64,000 nucleotides of DNA, from contig DF237087.1 in NCBI GenBank assembly GCA_000708835.1, forward strand, positions 104,016 through 168,015, read 5' to 3'. A program made the translations under genes and the position numbers. Positions 34,310 through 45,254 of the stretch are shown here, in pieces. Source of the DNA: Klebsormidium nitens (Eukaryota > Plantae > Klebsormidiophyceae). The stretch's first letter is position 1. Each line of letters starts with the position of its first letter. A model generated the notes under the pieces. The model had not been told where the DNA came from, made no database searches, and saw only the letters and a list, made by a program, of their open reading frames with translations.

Positions 34310-34903
34310 CTAAACGTCGTGTATTTCGTTCATATTTGGCTTCGTTTCCGCGGTGATTGTTTTTTTACGCAAAGCGGCTTTGCTTCCTACCGGGCGGGAT
34401 CTGACGTCGTCGTCAGAAAACGAAAACATCATGCCACGTGTCCGGCGTTTAGCCCGATGCATTGCTCTGTAAAAGTCTTCCACTTTCATCTTGAGGGCGG
34501 TTGTTTTATAAGAGCCCTGGAACGATATTCGCTCAGAAGCTCGCTTTTCAATGGGTAAGCTGTTTAAGGTAACTTCGTATGCATACCGTTTTTGACGGCT
34601 TCCTCTGGTCGTCTCTTCTGCAAGGACTCCCGTTTTGTATGGCAGTCGAATTGATTCTTGACCTTTGAGTCTTTGGTAGAGCATGCTGCCGGCACGGGTA
34701 CCAACTTGAGAAACTCGGCCATTGCTTGCGCTAATGAGGAATCGACCGTTATTCAGAAGACTTGATCGATCTACTGCTGAGCTTCTGGACATATCAAAAG
34801 CACCTAGAATACGAAAAGATCGGCAGTTGCCGCTTTCGGCTGTAGAATGCTGGGACCCCTGATCATCCATTGGCTCCGTAGTAGAAATGATGAAAAAACG
34901 CAT
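34310..34903 (-). CDS. MC1-like DNA-binding protein of NCLDV type
   Basis: GRF..G.RAG..LY..EETTRGSRQKRYAYEV..L..ISF..YKT matches the ETTxGSxxKxYxY pattern of viral MC1-domain proteins. Confidence 0.6.
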   Translation of the reverse strand: MRFFIISTTEPMDDQGSQHSTAESGNCRSFRILGAFDMSRSSAVDRSSLLNNGRFLISASNGRVSQVGTRAGSMLYQRLKGQESIRLPYKTGVLAEETTRGSRQKRYAYEVTLNSLPIEKRASERISFQGSYKTTALKMKVEDFYRAMHRAKRRTRGMMFSFSDDDVRSRPVGSKAALRKKTITAETKPNMNEIHDV

Positions 34904-35284
34904 TAGCCTTTCAAAGGCTCCTGCAGCAAAACAAGCGTGTCCACGTTGGTTTCAAAAGAGCATTTGCTAGCACCAGAAGCAAGGACCCCTGATGCATTAA
35001 ATTCGTGAACACCCTCCGTCACTAATTCTGGCGTCTCTGGATAATTTCGCGAAATTCTCTGGTCTATATCCTCATCCCTATGTCGTTTTTACCAAACGGA
35101 ACAATTAAATTGAGATCATCATCTCAGAAATCACGACCCACGTGACTCACAATTCTAGAATATCATGTATAATCCTTAATTTAATGACATATAACCTCTC
35201 TGAGAAGAGTTAAATCCGGATACCCAATTGGGCGCGTTTCAATAATTGTAGAATTATTTTCTTGCAGGAGATCACGACACAGCA

Positions 35285-36387
35285 ATGGCATATGAGCAAA
35301 GCAGCGGAGAAGCACGTGAAAGCGGGCTGGCAAAGGACGTGAGGGTGGTCCCACTGTGTGGCGAGCAGGTTCATCTCAACGTTCTACGGGATGGATCCCA
35401 TCGTGCCGAAACAACTTGCACCCAATATCTCAACAGTCTAAGGCTCGTATACCGCTTGGTTGCAGGCAACGAGAAAGCGGAGTTGCCAGATGACATAGAT
35501 TGGATCAAAGAAGCGGGCACCATTGTGAACGCCGTACGAGAACGCCAAAGTAACACAGCAAATGCTGCATGGTCTCCAGGAAGCCTTTGCAACAAGCTTA
35601 CACCCCTGATGGCCATCTCAAGCTTCGAAAATGGGATGAAGCGTATGATCAGTATTTTGCGGCGTTCCTTTTGGCCAAGAACAAGCAGAACAACCAAACC
35701 ATCAGTCAAACGCCCACTCAACGGGAGCAAGACAATTGGATTGAAATGACGGAAATCAAAGCAAAACTGGAAGACCTCGGACGTAAAATCAGACGCCAGA
35801 TCGTCCACACTTACCAACTCGGAAGACCGCTGGAACGGGACGACATCAAGACGACATTTCAGCATCTCGTTCTGGCCGCGAATACACTCGAGCCACCAAA
35901 ACGCCGAGATTACAGCAATCTCCCTTTACAGAAGCCAGATGGTTCCTTCTATAGCGCCGAAGCGCAGGGTGTGTACGAGCAATCCGGCAACGTGCTGAAG
36001 GAATGCTCCAAAGACTCTTACGTCTTGACGCTCACGAGCTTCAAGACCGCCTCAAAGCATGGGCGTGTGGAATTCGAATTGAGCAAACGGCTGTCGACCT
36101 ACATCAAAAGGTCTTTGATTCTCGTTCCAAGGCCGTACTTTCTGACACGGCTCAATGATCTGACGGTGCCCATGTCAGACAATTATCTAAGTCGATTCGT
36201 CGCAGAAATTGAATTCAGCAGAGGACGGTATCTTACCATGAACCACCTGAGACACGTCTACATATCCGACGCCTTCAAGGGCGATCACTCGATTAGTCAA
36301 CGAGAGGCTGTTGCCAAACGGATGCTTCACGATTGGTCCACAGCCATGAAAAGCTACGAACGAAAGCATCGTGCGATGCCACATTAG
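35285..36387 (+). pseudogene. Tyrosine recombinase (PLV/virophage/NCLDV type) with a 1-nt frameshift at ~35620
   Basis: Catalytic set PPKRRDY (R), FKT (K), NHLRH (HxxR-like), MLH (H), SYE (Y). The N-terminal part (TQYLNSL..NKLTPLMAIS) is in a different frame. Confidence 0.75.
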
Positions 36388-36611
36388 TGACCCATAGGAC
36401 GTAACTTGGAAGATTCCTACCGTCCCTAGCTTCCACCGCGTGCACCCTCCCTACACTAATTGTACCGCAACGGGTCCGTGCCGCTTGGGGTTGATCTAGC
36501 TGAGCCATTTATGCTGCATAAAACGCTCGTTCAGCAGCTCTCTGTGGCTCTACTGGATCCAGCCTCTTTTCAAAAAGCTTACACCGGCGTATTGCGATGG
36601 TAATTTGGTTT

Positions 36612-36935
36612 CTAGGACTGAACCGATAGGAAAGCAGCTACGTTATCTTGCTTTTGGTCTAGGATCGGTGAATTTGTAGCTGGAGATGGGACCTTCACAG
36701 GGAAACCAGCATCAAACAGCCGTTGTAAGGTCTTTTGTTGTGACGAACGCCCCTGCTGATAGCGTTCAAAGGCTTGCCTTAGTAGGATCTCGGTCCTCTT
36801 TTTCGTGTAATGGCGCTTCATGTACGTTTTATGCGCATTTGGATGTCGTTCGTGAAAGTGCTTCAGATAAAGGCAATTCTTGCAGCTACAGCCGATGTTG
36901 GTCGTTTCTCTGCTGGTAAGGTTGGCTAGTTCCAT
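36612..36935 (-). CDS. Small basic hypothetical protein (107 aa)
   Basis: Clean ORF with YMKRHYTKKRTEILLRQAFERYQQGRSSQQKTLQRL, reminiscent of small basic ORFs of PLV/virophage-like elements. Confidence 0.45.
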   Translation of the reverse strand: MELANLTSRETTNIGCSCKNCLYLKHFHERHPNAHKTYMKRHYTKKRTEILLRQAFERYQQGRSSQQKTLQRLFDAGFPVKVPSPATNSPILDQKQDNVAAFLSVQS

Positions 36936-37291
36936 GGATTGCTCCTACTTTCTTGCGCAGAAAATATGCATGGGTTCAAACGCAACCGCGTTCGAAAAGC
37001 CTCGTGAAAAAATCTTGGGACAATATACTAAGAGATGGAGCCCGCCGTGGTCAGCACCTTCGAAAACGTTGTGCTAGCAAATGGCTCAAGGTCTTCTGAA
37101 ACCCTTGGAGATGTTGCTTTGACCACAGCACCACCATTTGAAGTGCCTAAGCCACAGCAAAACATGCTGAGTATGCACGCTTCACAGAGGAACCCTGGTT
37201 CATCAATTGACATGCCGGAAAACGCCGACAATGGGCTGCTGGTAATCGATCAAAATGGGGTACTTTTCGAACCAAAAGATACTACCATCAT

Positions 37292-40033
37292 ATGCCTGGA
37301 AAATCCATCAGCAGACATAAATACCCTCTGGTAAAGTCGATCCGATCGCTGTACAAGCAAGGCATGTATGCCATTCCGTTAAGGCTCGAAATGGAAGAAG
37401 GGAAAAAAAAGGCGTTCTTCAATAAAGGAGGGTATCTAGCATTAACCACATCCATAGATGCATATAAACAGAGGATCAACACCTATGTTTGCCAAGCTCA
37501 ATCAAACATGAACGCTTTGGCGGTTCTCTGTGGAATATCGGATATATTTTTGCTTGATATAGACGCAGAAGGGAAACCTGCCACAAAAACGAACGCTGCG
37601 AAGGAGGCCGGAATAAAACTGTGGCAGAAACTGATAAACAAACACGGTGACATCGCGACATTGAAGGCAAGAACAGGTTCAGGAAACGGTTTGCACTATC
37701 TCTTCTGCGCAAGCAAGATCAAAGGGCTCCTCAATACATCAAACTTTGCGACGATCGTTTACAAAGGTACTACATGGGCGATTGATGGTCGTGGAAGCAA
37801 CGCCGGACTGGCTTTTGTAAGCCCCTCGAGTTACCAAGATAACAAGGGCAGAACCTTTGGTTATTCTTGGATAGAAGGTGATGAAACCACACCACGGGTT
37901 GCTATTCCGCCGTGGTTGGTTCGATTTCTGAACGACACGTCAGCAAAGGCAGTCGGTAGTACAACGGGAAATGTAGAGGTCAACAAGAGCCTTAGCGACT
38001 CGAATAGGCCCATCAGCTCGCCCAGCAATCAGTACACGCAAGCTGAAGAATCGACAGGGGGCTCGGAATTGAACATGGATTCCCTTTTGCCGGGGTTGCA
38101 GCCCGCCCTAACTGCAATCGGAGAGATGCTGCAAAACGCTTTGCCAAGTGACCAGAGTCGTTTCAATGGTGTCGGTACGAGGACTCAAACAGGCTGGCAA
38201 GTTCTGAAATTCAAAACGGTTGGCACACGAACGTGCTTGAATGGGTGCGAACACGTCTCGAACAACTTTAGCATCTTGAGCAATGGTGGAATCCTGCTCT
38301 ATCGGTGTCTCAGTTCGGAGTGCATCAAACGCCCGGGGTGCTTGCTTGGGGTTTATTACTGGCCCGAGTGCTTGCCGCTGAGGGCAGATGCGTCCATGAT
38401 CCGAGAATGTGAGCGCTATTTGGTTCCGAGAAGCGATGAAACGAAGAAGCTCAGTAAAGAGGAAGCGGCTGAAAGGAAGAAGCGCAAGAACGACATGCAC
38501 GATCTACTTATCAAGGTGATGAATGCTTATTTTGCGGTTGTGATTGGAGGCAACAAGACGGTTTATACCGAAATCGTCTTTTGCCGTGACAAAGATGGCA
38601 ACCTCCAGCGAGAAGAGGTCATAGAGAGGCCGGGCCACAACTTTATTGAGCGGTGCAGGAACATCCAGCTGGATTGTCTGCCCGGCAAGAGCAAGGAAGC
38701 TGCGAAGTTCTGGGAGAGCAACTCAAAACGACGTGAGTATGACAGGATCGTCTTCGAACCGGATCCGTTCAAAACCAATCCACGGCACTTCAACCTATTC
38801 TGCGGTTTGGAGTTTGAGCCGCTTCAACACAAGCTCAAACCCTCCGAGATGGCCGAATGTGAGCAGCAAATGCCGATGCTCATGTGGCACATCCGTTACA
38901 TCCTTAGTGACGGTTGCAACGAACGATTTACTTTCAACATCAAATGGATGGCGCACGCGGTTCAAAGACCGGGGCGCAAGATTGGAGTTGCATTGGTCTT
39001 TCGCGGGCCTCAAGGTTGCGGAAAGTCCTTGACATTCGATTTCGTTGGCATGAAAATCATTGGAAATATGAACTACCTTTACTGCAATGAGATCGAAAAG
39101 GTTATTGGTCAATTCAACGCATTGTCTGCGAATCGATTGTTGATTGTTTTTGACGAAGCGGGCAGTTGGGGCGGTGCTTACAAGATGAACGACCGGATGA
39201 AGTCACTCATTACGCAGCCGGATGCTTGTTTGGAGAAGAAGGGATTTGATTCGATCAAGACCCGGGACGTCAGCAACATCGTTTTCACAACCAACAATCA
39301 ATGGCCAGTCAAACGAGAGCCAGGGGACCGTCGTTACTCCTGCCAGGAATGCTCGGGCGCCATGGTTGGAAACAAAGAGTACTTTACCGGTCTCCTTCAG
39401 GAGCTTGAAGACCCACAGACAGCCTCAAACCTCCACAAGTACCTGTCTTCGATCGATATCTCCGACTGGAATCCGGAAATGATCCCAAGCACCACTTGGG
39501 GAGAGACTTTGAAAGATCATTCTATCCCCCCGTACATCAAGATGGTTCAAGCGCTGCTTGAAAACGGCTGCTTTCATCCTTCGGTAGAAACCTGGGTGGC
39601 TTCGAAAGATATCAAAGCAACTTATGACATGTTTCTTGCAACTCTTGACATCAAAGAGGATCGCCACATGGATGTCAATGTTCTGATTAGTAACCTTAAT
39701 GGCAAATTTGGCATGCGACCGCAAGCACGAAGCATCCAAGAGATACCAAAACACAAGGGATGGTGGTTCCCTCCAGAAGGGTCCGTATGCAAAGCGCTGC
39801 ATTCTGAAAAGACATGGTCGTCGACCATTGAATGGGTAGGCCGCTGGTGCCGGATTTTCGGCTATACAGAAGATGAAGGCTGCCATTGGATAGCCAAAAA
39901 GGACTCCACAAACGCCCCGACCATCAAGCGATCTCCGAAGGGTTTGCCATTGTGCACGAATTGGTCAAAGAGTCACGTGCGCGCTCCAGATGAAGAGGAG
40001 CCAAGTTCTGAAAGTGCTCTTTCTAAGACATAA
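37292..40033 (+). CDS. Intronless bifunctional primase-polymerase (Prim-Pol) + Zn finger + D5-like SF3 helicase, 913 aa
   Basis: LLDIDAE (DxD), RTGSGNGLHYLF, IDGRG..FVSPS, C..HVSN..YRC..C, Walker A GPQGCGKS, Walker B LIVFDEA, motif C FTTNN, DRRY. Confidence 0.9.
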   Translation: MPGKSISRHKYPLVKSIRSLYKQGMYAIPLRLEMEEGKKKAFFNKGGYLALTTSIDAYKQRINTYVCQAQSNMNALAVLCGISDIFLLDIDAEGKPATKTNAAKEAGIKLWQKLINKHGDIATLKARTGSGNGLHYLFCASKIKGLLNTSNFATIVYKGTTWAIDGRGSNAGLAFVSPSSYQDNKGRTFGYSWIEGDETTPRVAIPPWLVRFLNDTSAKAVGSTTGNVEVNKSLSDSNRPISSPSNQYTQAEESTGGSELNMDSLLPGLQPALTAIGEMLQNALPSDQSRFNGVGTRTQTGWQVLKFKTVGTRTCLNGCEHVSNNFSILSNGGILLYRCLSSECIKRPGCLLGVYYWPECLPLRADASMIRECERYLVPRSDETKKLSKEEAAERKKRKNDMHDLLIKVMNAYFAVVIGGNKTVYTEIVFCRDKDGNLQREEVIERPGHNFIERCRNIQLDCLPGKSKEAAKFWESNSKRREYDRIVFEPDPFKTNPRHFNLFCGLEFEPLQHKLKPSEMAECEQQMPMLMWHIRYILSDGCNERFTFNIKWMAHAVQRPGRKIGVALVFRGPQGCGKSLTFDFVGMKIIGNMNYLYCNEIEKVIGQFNALSANRLLIVFDEAGSWGGAYKMNDRMKSLITQPDACLEKKGFDSIKTRDVSNIVFTTNNQWPVKREPGDRRYSCQECSGAMVGNKEYFTGLLQELEDPQTASNLHKYLSSIDISDWNPEMIPSTTWGETLKDHSIPPYIKMVQALLENGCFHPSVETWVASKDIKATYDMFLATLDIKEDRHMDVNVLISNLNGKFGMRPQARSIQEIPKHKGWWFPPEGSVCKALHSEKTWSSTIEWVGRWCRIFGYTEDEGCHWIAKKDSTNAPTIKRSPKGLPLCTNWSKSHVRAPDEEEPSSESALSKT

Positions 40034-40303
40034 GAGGACACCTCTCAGCAAAATAACAATTGATTTCCTTATTACCCTCTTATTACTCATATAACTCATA
40101 TAACTATATACACACACACATGACTCAACCCATCAACCAGCGCAAACCCGGATTCCATATGATCCTATTACCCTGTGACCCGCTTATTTGAGAGAAAACT
40201 CGGTTTTCCCATGATTGCCACGCGTTAGTGGTCAGGCGCCGAAAGCGTCCGGGACCTCAAAAGTGGGTGATAGAGTAATACGGTCATAAGAGCAAAATGA
40301 CGG

Positions 40304-43300
40304 TTAGCAGCGAGACGCCCTGATCGATTCCCGTAGCGGGCTGCTCTCAACATTGCTTTGAGCCCAATAATACACTGCAAACTTTGATCTCTCAAACAGC
40401 GTATCGAGAATCGTCGTGACTCTACTCATGAGCCGACGTATGCTCGTGATTTGCTGGAGACTAGCCGCCGATCGCTTCAAGCCCGAGTTGATCCCTTCGC
40501 TAGCTGTCGTTATGGTATGGTCGTGCTGCGGATAGGAGTCGATAAACAGAGTTGGCGAGCAGGTGTGCGTCGCGTATCGCTTGGCCGCTCCAGCAGGCGC
40601 GCAGCTGATTGGGCCTGAGTGGAAGCGATCGACAAGGAACAGCATGAACTTGGCCAGCTGCGGTACCCTGCAGAAAAGAGGGTCGTAAGGATTGTTAGTC
40701 AAGGACATGAACGGATTGAAATGCATGCAAAAGGCATTTGACCACCAAAACTCAACAGAAGCTTCAAGGCCCACGTTAATGCATCGAAAATCAGTGCATG
40801 GATATGCACAAACCGTGGATCGATCACGGGTTGGTCAACTCGTAGATCACTCACCGGTTGAGAAACCACTCCTGGGCATTGCAAGCGGCATCCTCGATGA
40901 TCGTCAGGCCCCGGAGCGTCTTGAAAGGTAAGCGTGTGAGTGCGGCGGTCCCTAGGTCGGACACGCTTTCCCCGCCCTTCAGCCAATGGTACCCAAGAGG
41001 CGCCCGATGTTGACAGCATGCTATAAATATCCCCGCTCGGCCCTTAGCCGAACGAGGATTTGGGGCCCCACAGTGCTGGGCGAGCCGCTCCTCGGAGCCT
41101 TTCTTCCCCCGACCGGATGCGTCCTCCCAATTCGTGAATTGCGGCCGCCCGTAGAGCAGCGGGTGAAAATCGTAGATTGATACGGTTCCCACACGCTCCC
41201 TATAAGTTGTCGAGGCCTCTCGTAGAAAGCCGTCAGAATCGTAGCATTGAGGCTCTCGCACCTCAAGCTCGAAGAGGAGAGCGTTGGCGGCCCCCTTGAG
41301 CGCAATTCCACGCTGTTCCGCATAGACCATGCCAGGATCTCCTAAGTTGCCTAGAGACCGAAGCCTCTCACACTCCAAGGCCCACAGATGCTCCGTAGCA
41401 TCATGGAGCGTCGCCAGAGGGGACCGACCGGAGGCGCTAGGGCGGTTGGCACTCGGTTCGAAGCAGAGGAGGTTGGTTGCGTAGATGTCCCGGAGGAGCG
41501 GACGCAGTGCCGCTGGGAGGGCGTACAGTCGAGGACCCGTTTGCACTTCACCAATTGAGTGCAGCCGGAGAATGGCTGCTAGCATTGGCCCATCGTTGGC
41601 GAGGTAAGCAAGCCCCAAGTTGTCAACCGGCCCCTCGAGCAACAGATGTCGAAGCAGCTTCAGCGTCACGATGTGCCCAAATACCCAGCTGTAGCGGGGT
41701 ATCAAGAGAGCGTGCAGGAGGGCTGCGTATGGCTGGAAGTGGGTTGGGCACCAACCCGTGGGCGCTACTGGGCCCCCCTTCAAAACTCCGTCCATCCAGG
41801 GCCTCCGGGGCACGGCCTTGCAGACCGCACAAGTCGTAGGGTCGGAGCAAGTTCCCGACTCCGTCGCAAGGTCGATCAGGGCCCTCAGGTTTGCCGGCAA
41901 CCCCTCACGCATGGCCACGAATTCCTCCGCCGAGAGAGGCGTGTTTGACCCTTGAGCAGGCGCCTTGCGGAAGTTGCACCAACGGAAGGCCGCTGCTCGT
42001 ACGGCCGGCCTCAATTCCGACAGCCCGTTTCTAAACTTCCAAGGGCAGTCGATCCCCTCGAGCGGGACGTTCGAAGGCCGCACCCCACCGATGCTCAGAG
42101 GGGTGAAACCCCCTGCCACGCGAGGTGCGCCCGGGTCCGGCTCACATATGCTATGCAGAGAGGCCTCGCTGCTGTCCCGCATAGCACTGGAGTTGGGAAA
42201 AAATGTGCCGTCGAACGTGATGACCTTATCCCGGCTGAAGGCGTAGGTTGAAAGGTTCAGGGGCGACCCCTCTGTCCGCTCCGGTTTGAGCGGGCACTCA
42301 GCTCCCTCTGCCTCTGCCTCAGCAGCTCGAACTTCAGACGTGTACAGATGAGCGCAATCAGGACGTTTGCAGACGTGCTGGATCCGAGAGCGGGCTGCCA
42401 AATCGTTGAAGGCTTGCATCGCGGCGTCGAAGACGCGATCGTCCAGCCTGGGAGCATCCGGCCCTTCGAGACTCCTGGTGGCCATGTCGTTGGCGTCAAA
42501 GTTGAGGCTATGGGATGCACCTAGGGCCGCCGCAAAGTGGTTGCGCAGCAGGAGGCCGTGCGAGATGAGCGTCGTGCCGGAGAAGTTGAAGATACCGTCT
42601 TCCTGTGCAAGGAAATAGAGAGATACATTCAATCATTCAAATCCTACGTTTGAAACCAACCAGTTGTTTTGATCGGTGTCTTAAAGGGACAACCATGGCT
42701 GCAAATGAGATGTTCGCCTCCGTATTGAGCGTCGTCGGTCAAAAGGGTGCCCTTTCTCTTCGAGACTTGGCAGCTTCCGCATCAACCTGCAAAGACGCCC
42801 AAGCGTATATTGGAGGTGTGATGCACGAATTCCCGGTGCCTTTCAATCCGACACCTGGTCCCAAACCGCTGATGGAGATCCGACCGTGGCAAGCTTGCTC
42901 CAAGTGCGGTCGTCTTAATGATTTGGTGTGGCCGTTGCCTCCCCACGAGGAGCTTGTAGTCTGCGATTATTGCATTCATACAGGGTACGTGTCGCTACTT
43001 GGCTGCTTGACCACTCTTGAGGCGCGCAAGTTGTATCACGTTCAAGACTTGTCCAGCTTGCAATGGGTGCCGCATCCAGAAAAGAGGCTAAAGACCCGGT
43101 ATTATCTAAAATCCGACGTGCATAAGCTTGCCATTCGGAAACACGGCGGGCCAGATTGCTTCAAAGCATTCCAAGATGCTAAGACTAAAAGGAAAAAGCA
43201 ACGGCGTGCACAATGTGCAATAAACACTGAGCAATCGGTAATCGGTCCAGGTGGCATTGAGAACTAGATCTTACCTGACCGTCGTAAGCCACCGAGCAGC

Positions 43301-45167
43301 ACGCAGCCTCCCGTCCTGGAGCGATCCTGCAAACCCGTCGGTACGTCATCACCGGATAGCGCGCCCCAGCCGTATAGAGCGATCCACTCCTGCTCTCCAG
43401 TTGCCATGGCCGCCTGCAAGGTGAGAGCGATTCAACGGGCCTTGGAGCGCAAAAGTACTCTGCCTCGTTCCGTTCACGCACTCCCTCGTCCCCCCAGCGC
43501 TCGCAGAGGCTCGTGACTTGCTGCCCACCCCTGCTCATGACTGTGTCGATCTTCTTGTGGCTGTGCCCCATGTCCAAGGCTGCTGCAGGGAGGCACTCCC
43601 ACTCCTCGAGCGTCGTGTCTTCATGCACGCACGCAACCTTTGAGTCGGGCCTTCGACACACGGGGTCGTTGCAGACCCAGAGCTTCATCTGCCCCGACGC
43701 TCTAAGGGCCGACCTCTCGGCACGCTTGTCCGAATTCGTTGCTTCTCTCTGCACGTCTGCCCTGGTCGCCTCCGAACCAGGCCCAATCTGAACCCCGTTT
43801 CCTTCCCCTGTTATCGAAAGCACCCTCTGTACGTGCGGACACCGCTCCTGCTCCGAGCATCTGTCGCAGAAGGCGCTCCTTCCGGCGAGCACGCAGACCG
43901 CCGGAGAGTCATCGGCTCCCTCAGAGGTCACAAAGACGCGCAGCTGCGGCCCCACCCAGGCCTCCGCATTGAGGCCAGTAAGGGGCACCCCAAGGTGGCC
44001 GTCCCGATCGAGTGGGAGTACCCGGGCTGCAAGCCCACTACCCGTTACCTCGCGTACGAAGCTCTTTCCGCCGCTGAACGAGCCGAAGAGAGGCTCGACC
44101 TCCTCCGAAACCCTCTGCCACCATCCGTCCATGAAGGCCGTGTCTCTGAGAAATCCAACTTCGTGCTCTCTGCACGCTCTCTGGCCGCACATGCACTTGT
44201 AGTCACCCAGATGGTCCACCTGGACGAGCCTGGGAACGTTGACGGGCCTTCCGTCCCTCAACGAGATGTCGAGAAGCCGGCAATTGACGTCCAGTTGCGG
44301 GAGGAGAAAGAGGCCGGGTGCGATGATTGTTGGAGGGACCGCGCTCCGCTTCAACTCTCCAAGGATCGCAGTCGGCCCGAGTTCCTTTGGAGTCGGCCCC
44401 AATTCGAGCCGCTTCCTTTCGGGGGACCCCCGGTTCTTCTTCTTGCAGTATGGGCATGCGAACAGATCTCGCCTCTGGACGAAGAACTGGTGCCCCCCCG
44501 GCACCGCAGGCTGCCCCAGCTGCGCTTCTCTTAGCTCCTCCGAGGCGGGAAAGGCCTCGTACTTCCTGAAGAGGTCACCGCGGTCAACGACCTCCCCCGT
44601 GGCGGTCGAAACGAACGGCCGACCCCCAGCATACATGGCGTCCAAGCAGCGGAGGCACAGCAGGTGACCTCCTCCGCCAGGACAAATGATCGCACCACCC
44701 CGATTTCGCTTTCGATCCCAGAGGAAAGGATCCAAACCGCGGGAGTAGATGGGCACCTTGCCCTTGCAGGTGCTCCCGATGCACGTGGACCCAAAGCCCC
44801 GCTTAGTGAACGCCTCTGATTGCCGAAAGCAAAAAGCGTACCCATAATCGAAAAAGAAATCGTCGTTTGCTCGCTGAGCCGCATACGACGGCTGGCCCCC
44901 CCGAACCCCTCCGGCGTTCGGCAACGGCGATACGGCTACAGGAACGCTTCTAAGGTCCGAGAAGAGGACGTTACGGCCGGGAAGGGGGGCGCAGCCGCTA
45001 GACCCTCCAATCGTGACAGCAGCGAGGGCTCGTACTGGATTGCCCGCAGCGAGAGTGCTGTGCAGGCGGGCGTTTGGCGCTGGTGCGGTCGAGGTGAGCA
45101 GCAGAGGTCGGGGCACGATGTCGAGTTCGTGGAGTTTCCTCTTCAGCAAGGACGCCATCCTGCACAC
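40304..45167 (-). CDS. CxC-domain KDZ (Kyakuja-Dileera-Zisupton)-type transposase, 3 exons: 45167-43275, 42602-40855, 40667-40304
   Basis: SWIM-like CDRC..RCPH, Cys clusters, ITFDGT, AGIFIACCQH, IEDAACN..FLNR|VP..FLVDRFH..HTC and SEGINS. Both junctions are GT-AG and phase-compatible. Confidence 0.75.
42695..43267 (+). CDS. Intronless 190-aa protein with C4 Zn finger and XPA-C-like DNA-binding domain, antisense inside transposase intron 1
   Basis: CSKC..CDYC, then LTTLEARKLYHVQDL..RYYLKSDVHKLAIRKHGG..KRKKQRR, which parallels the XPA minimal DNA-binding region. A degenerate F-box-like N-terminus is possible. Confidence 0.65.
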   Translation: MAANEMFASVLSVVGQKGALSLRDLAASASTCKDAQAYIGGVMHEFPVPFNPTPGPKPLMEIRPWQACSKCGRLNDLVWPLPPHEELVVCDYCIHTGYVSLLGCLTTLEARKLYHVQDLSSLQWVPHPEKRLKTRYYLKSDVHKLAIRKHGGPDCFKAFQDAKTKRKKQRRAQCAINTEQSVIGPGGIEN

Positions 45168-45254
45168 CGAAATAAAGATGTGAGTTGGGCGCGTAACGTC
45201 TCCCTAAGTACGTGAAACTCGGAGGCAGGCCGAACACAGCAAAGTGAAGGCACC

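Larger units (their letters stand above)
33700..40100. mobile_element. Virus/PLV-like intronless module (recombinase + primase-helicase + MC1-like + small ORFs); no capsid gene seen
   Basis: Dense intronless ORFs of viral type. Spot-checked lines are 38-42% GC (37441, 38521) versus ~72% in the neighbouring AEP exon (28981). Confidence 0.65.

Noticed and set aside
33700-40100. Complete Polinton-like virus or virophage
   Set aside because: No capsid, packaging ATPase, protease or terminal inverted repeats recognised.
43513-45215. Plus-strand ORFs of 80-233 aa over the transposase
   Set aside because: Antisense shadows of GC-rich coding sequence with no recognisable motifs.
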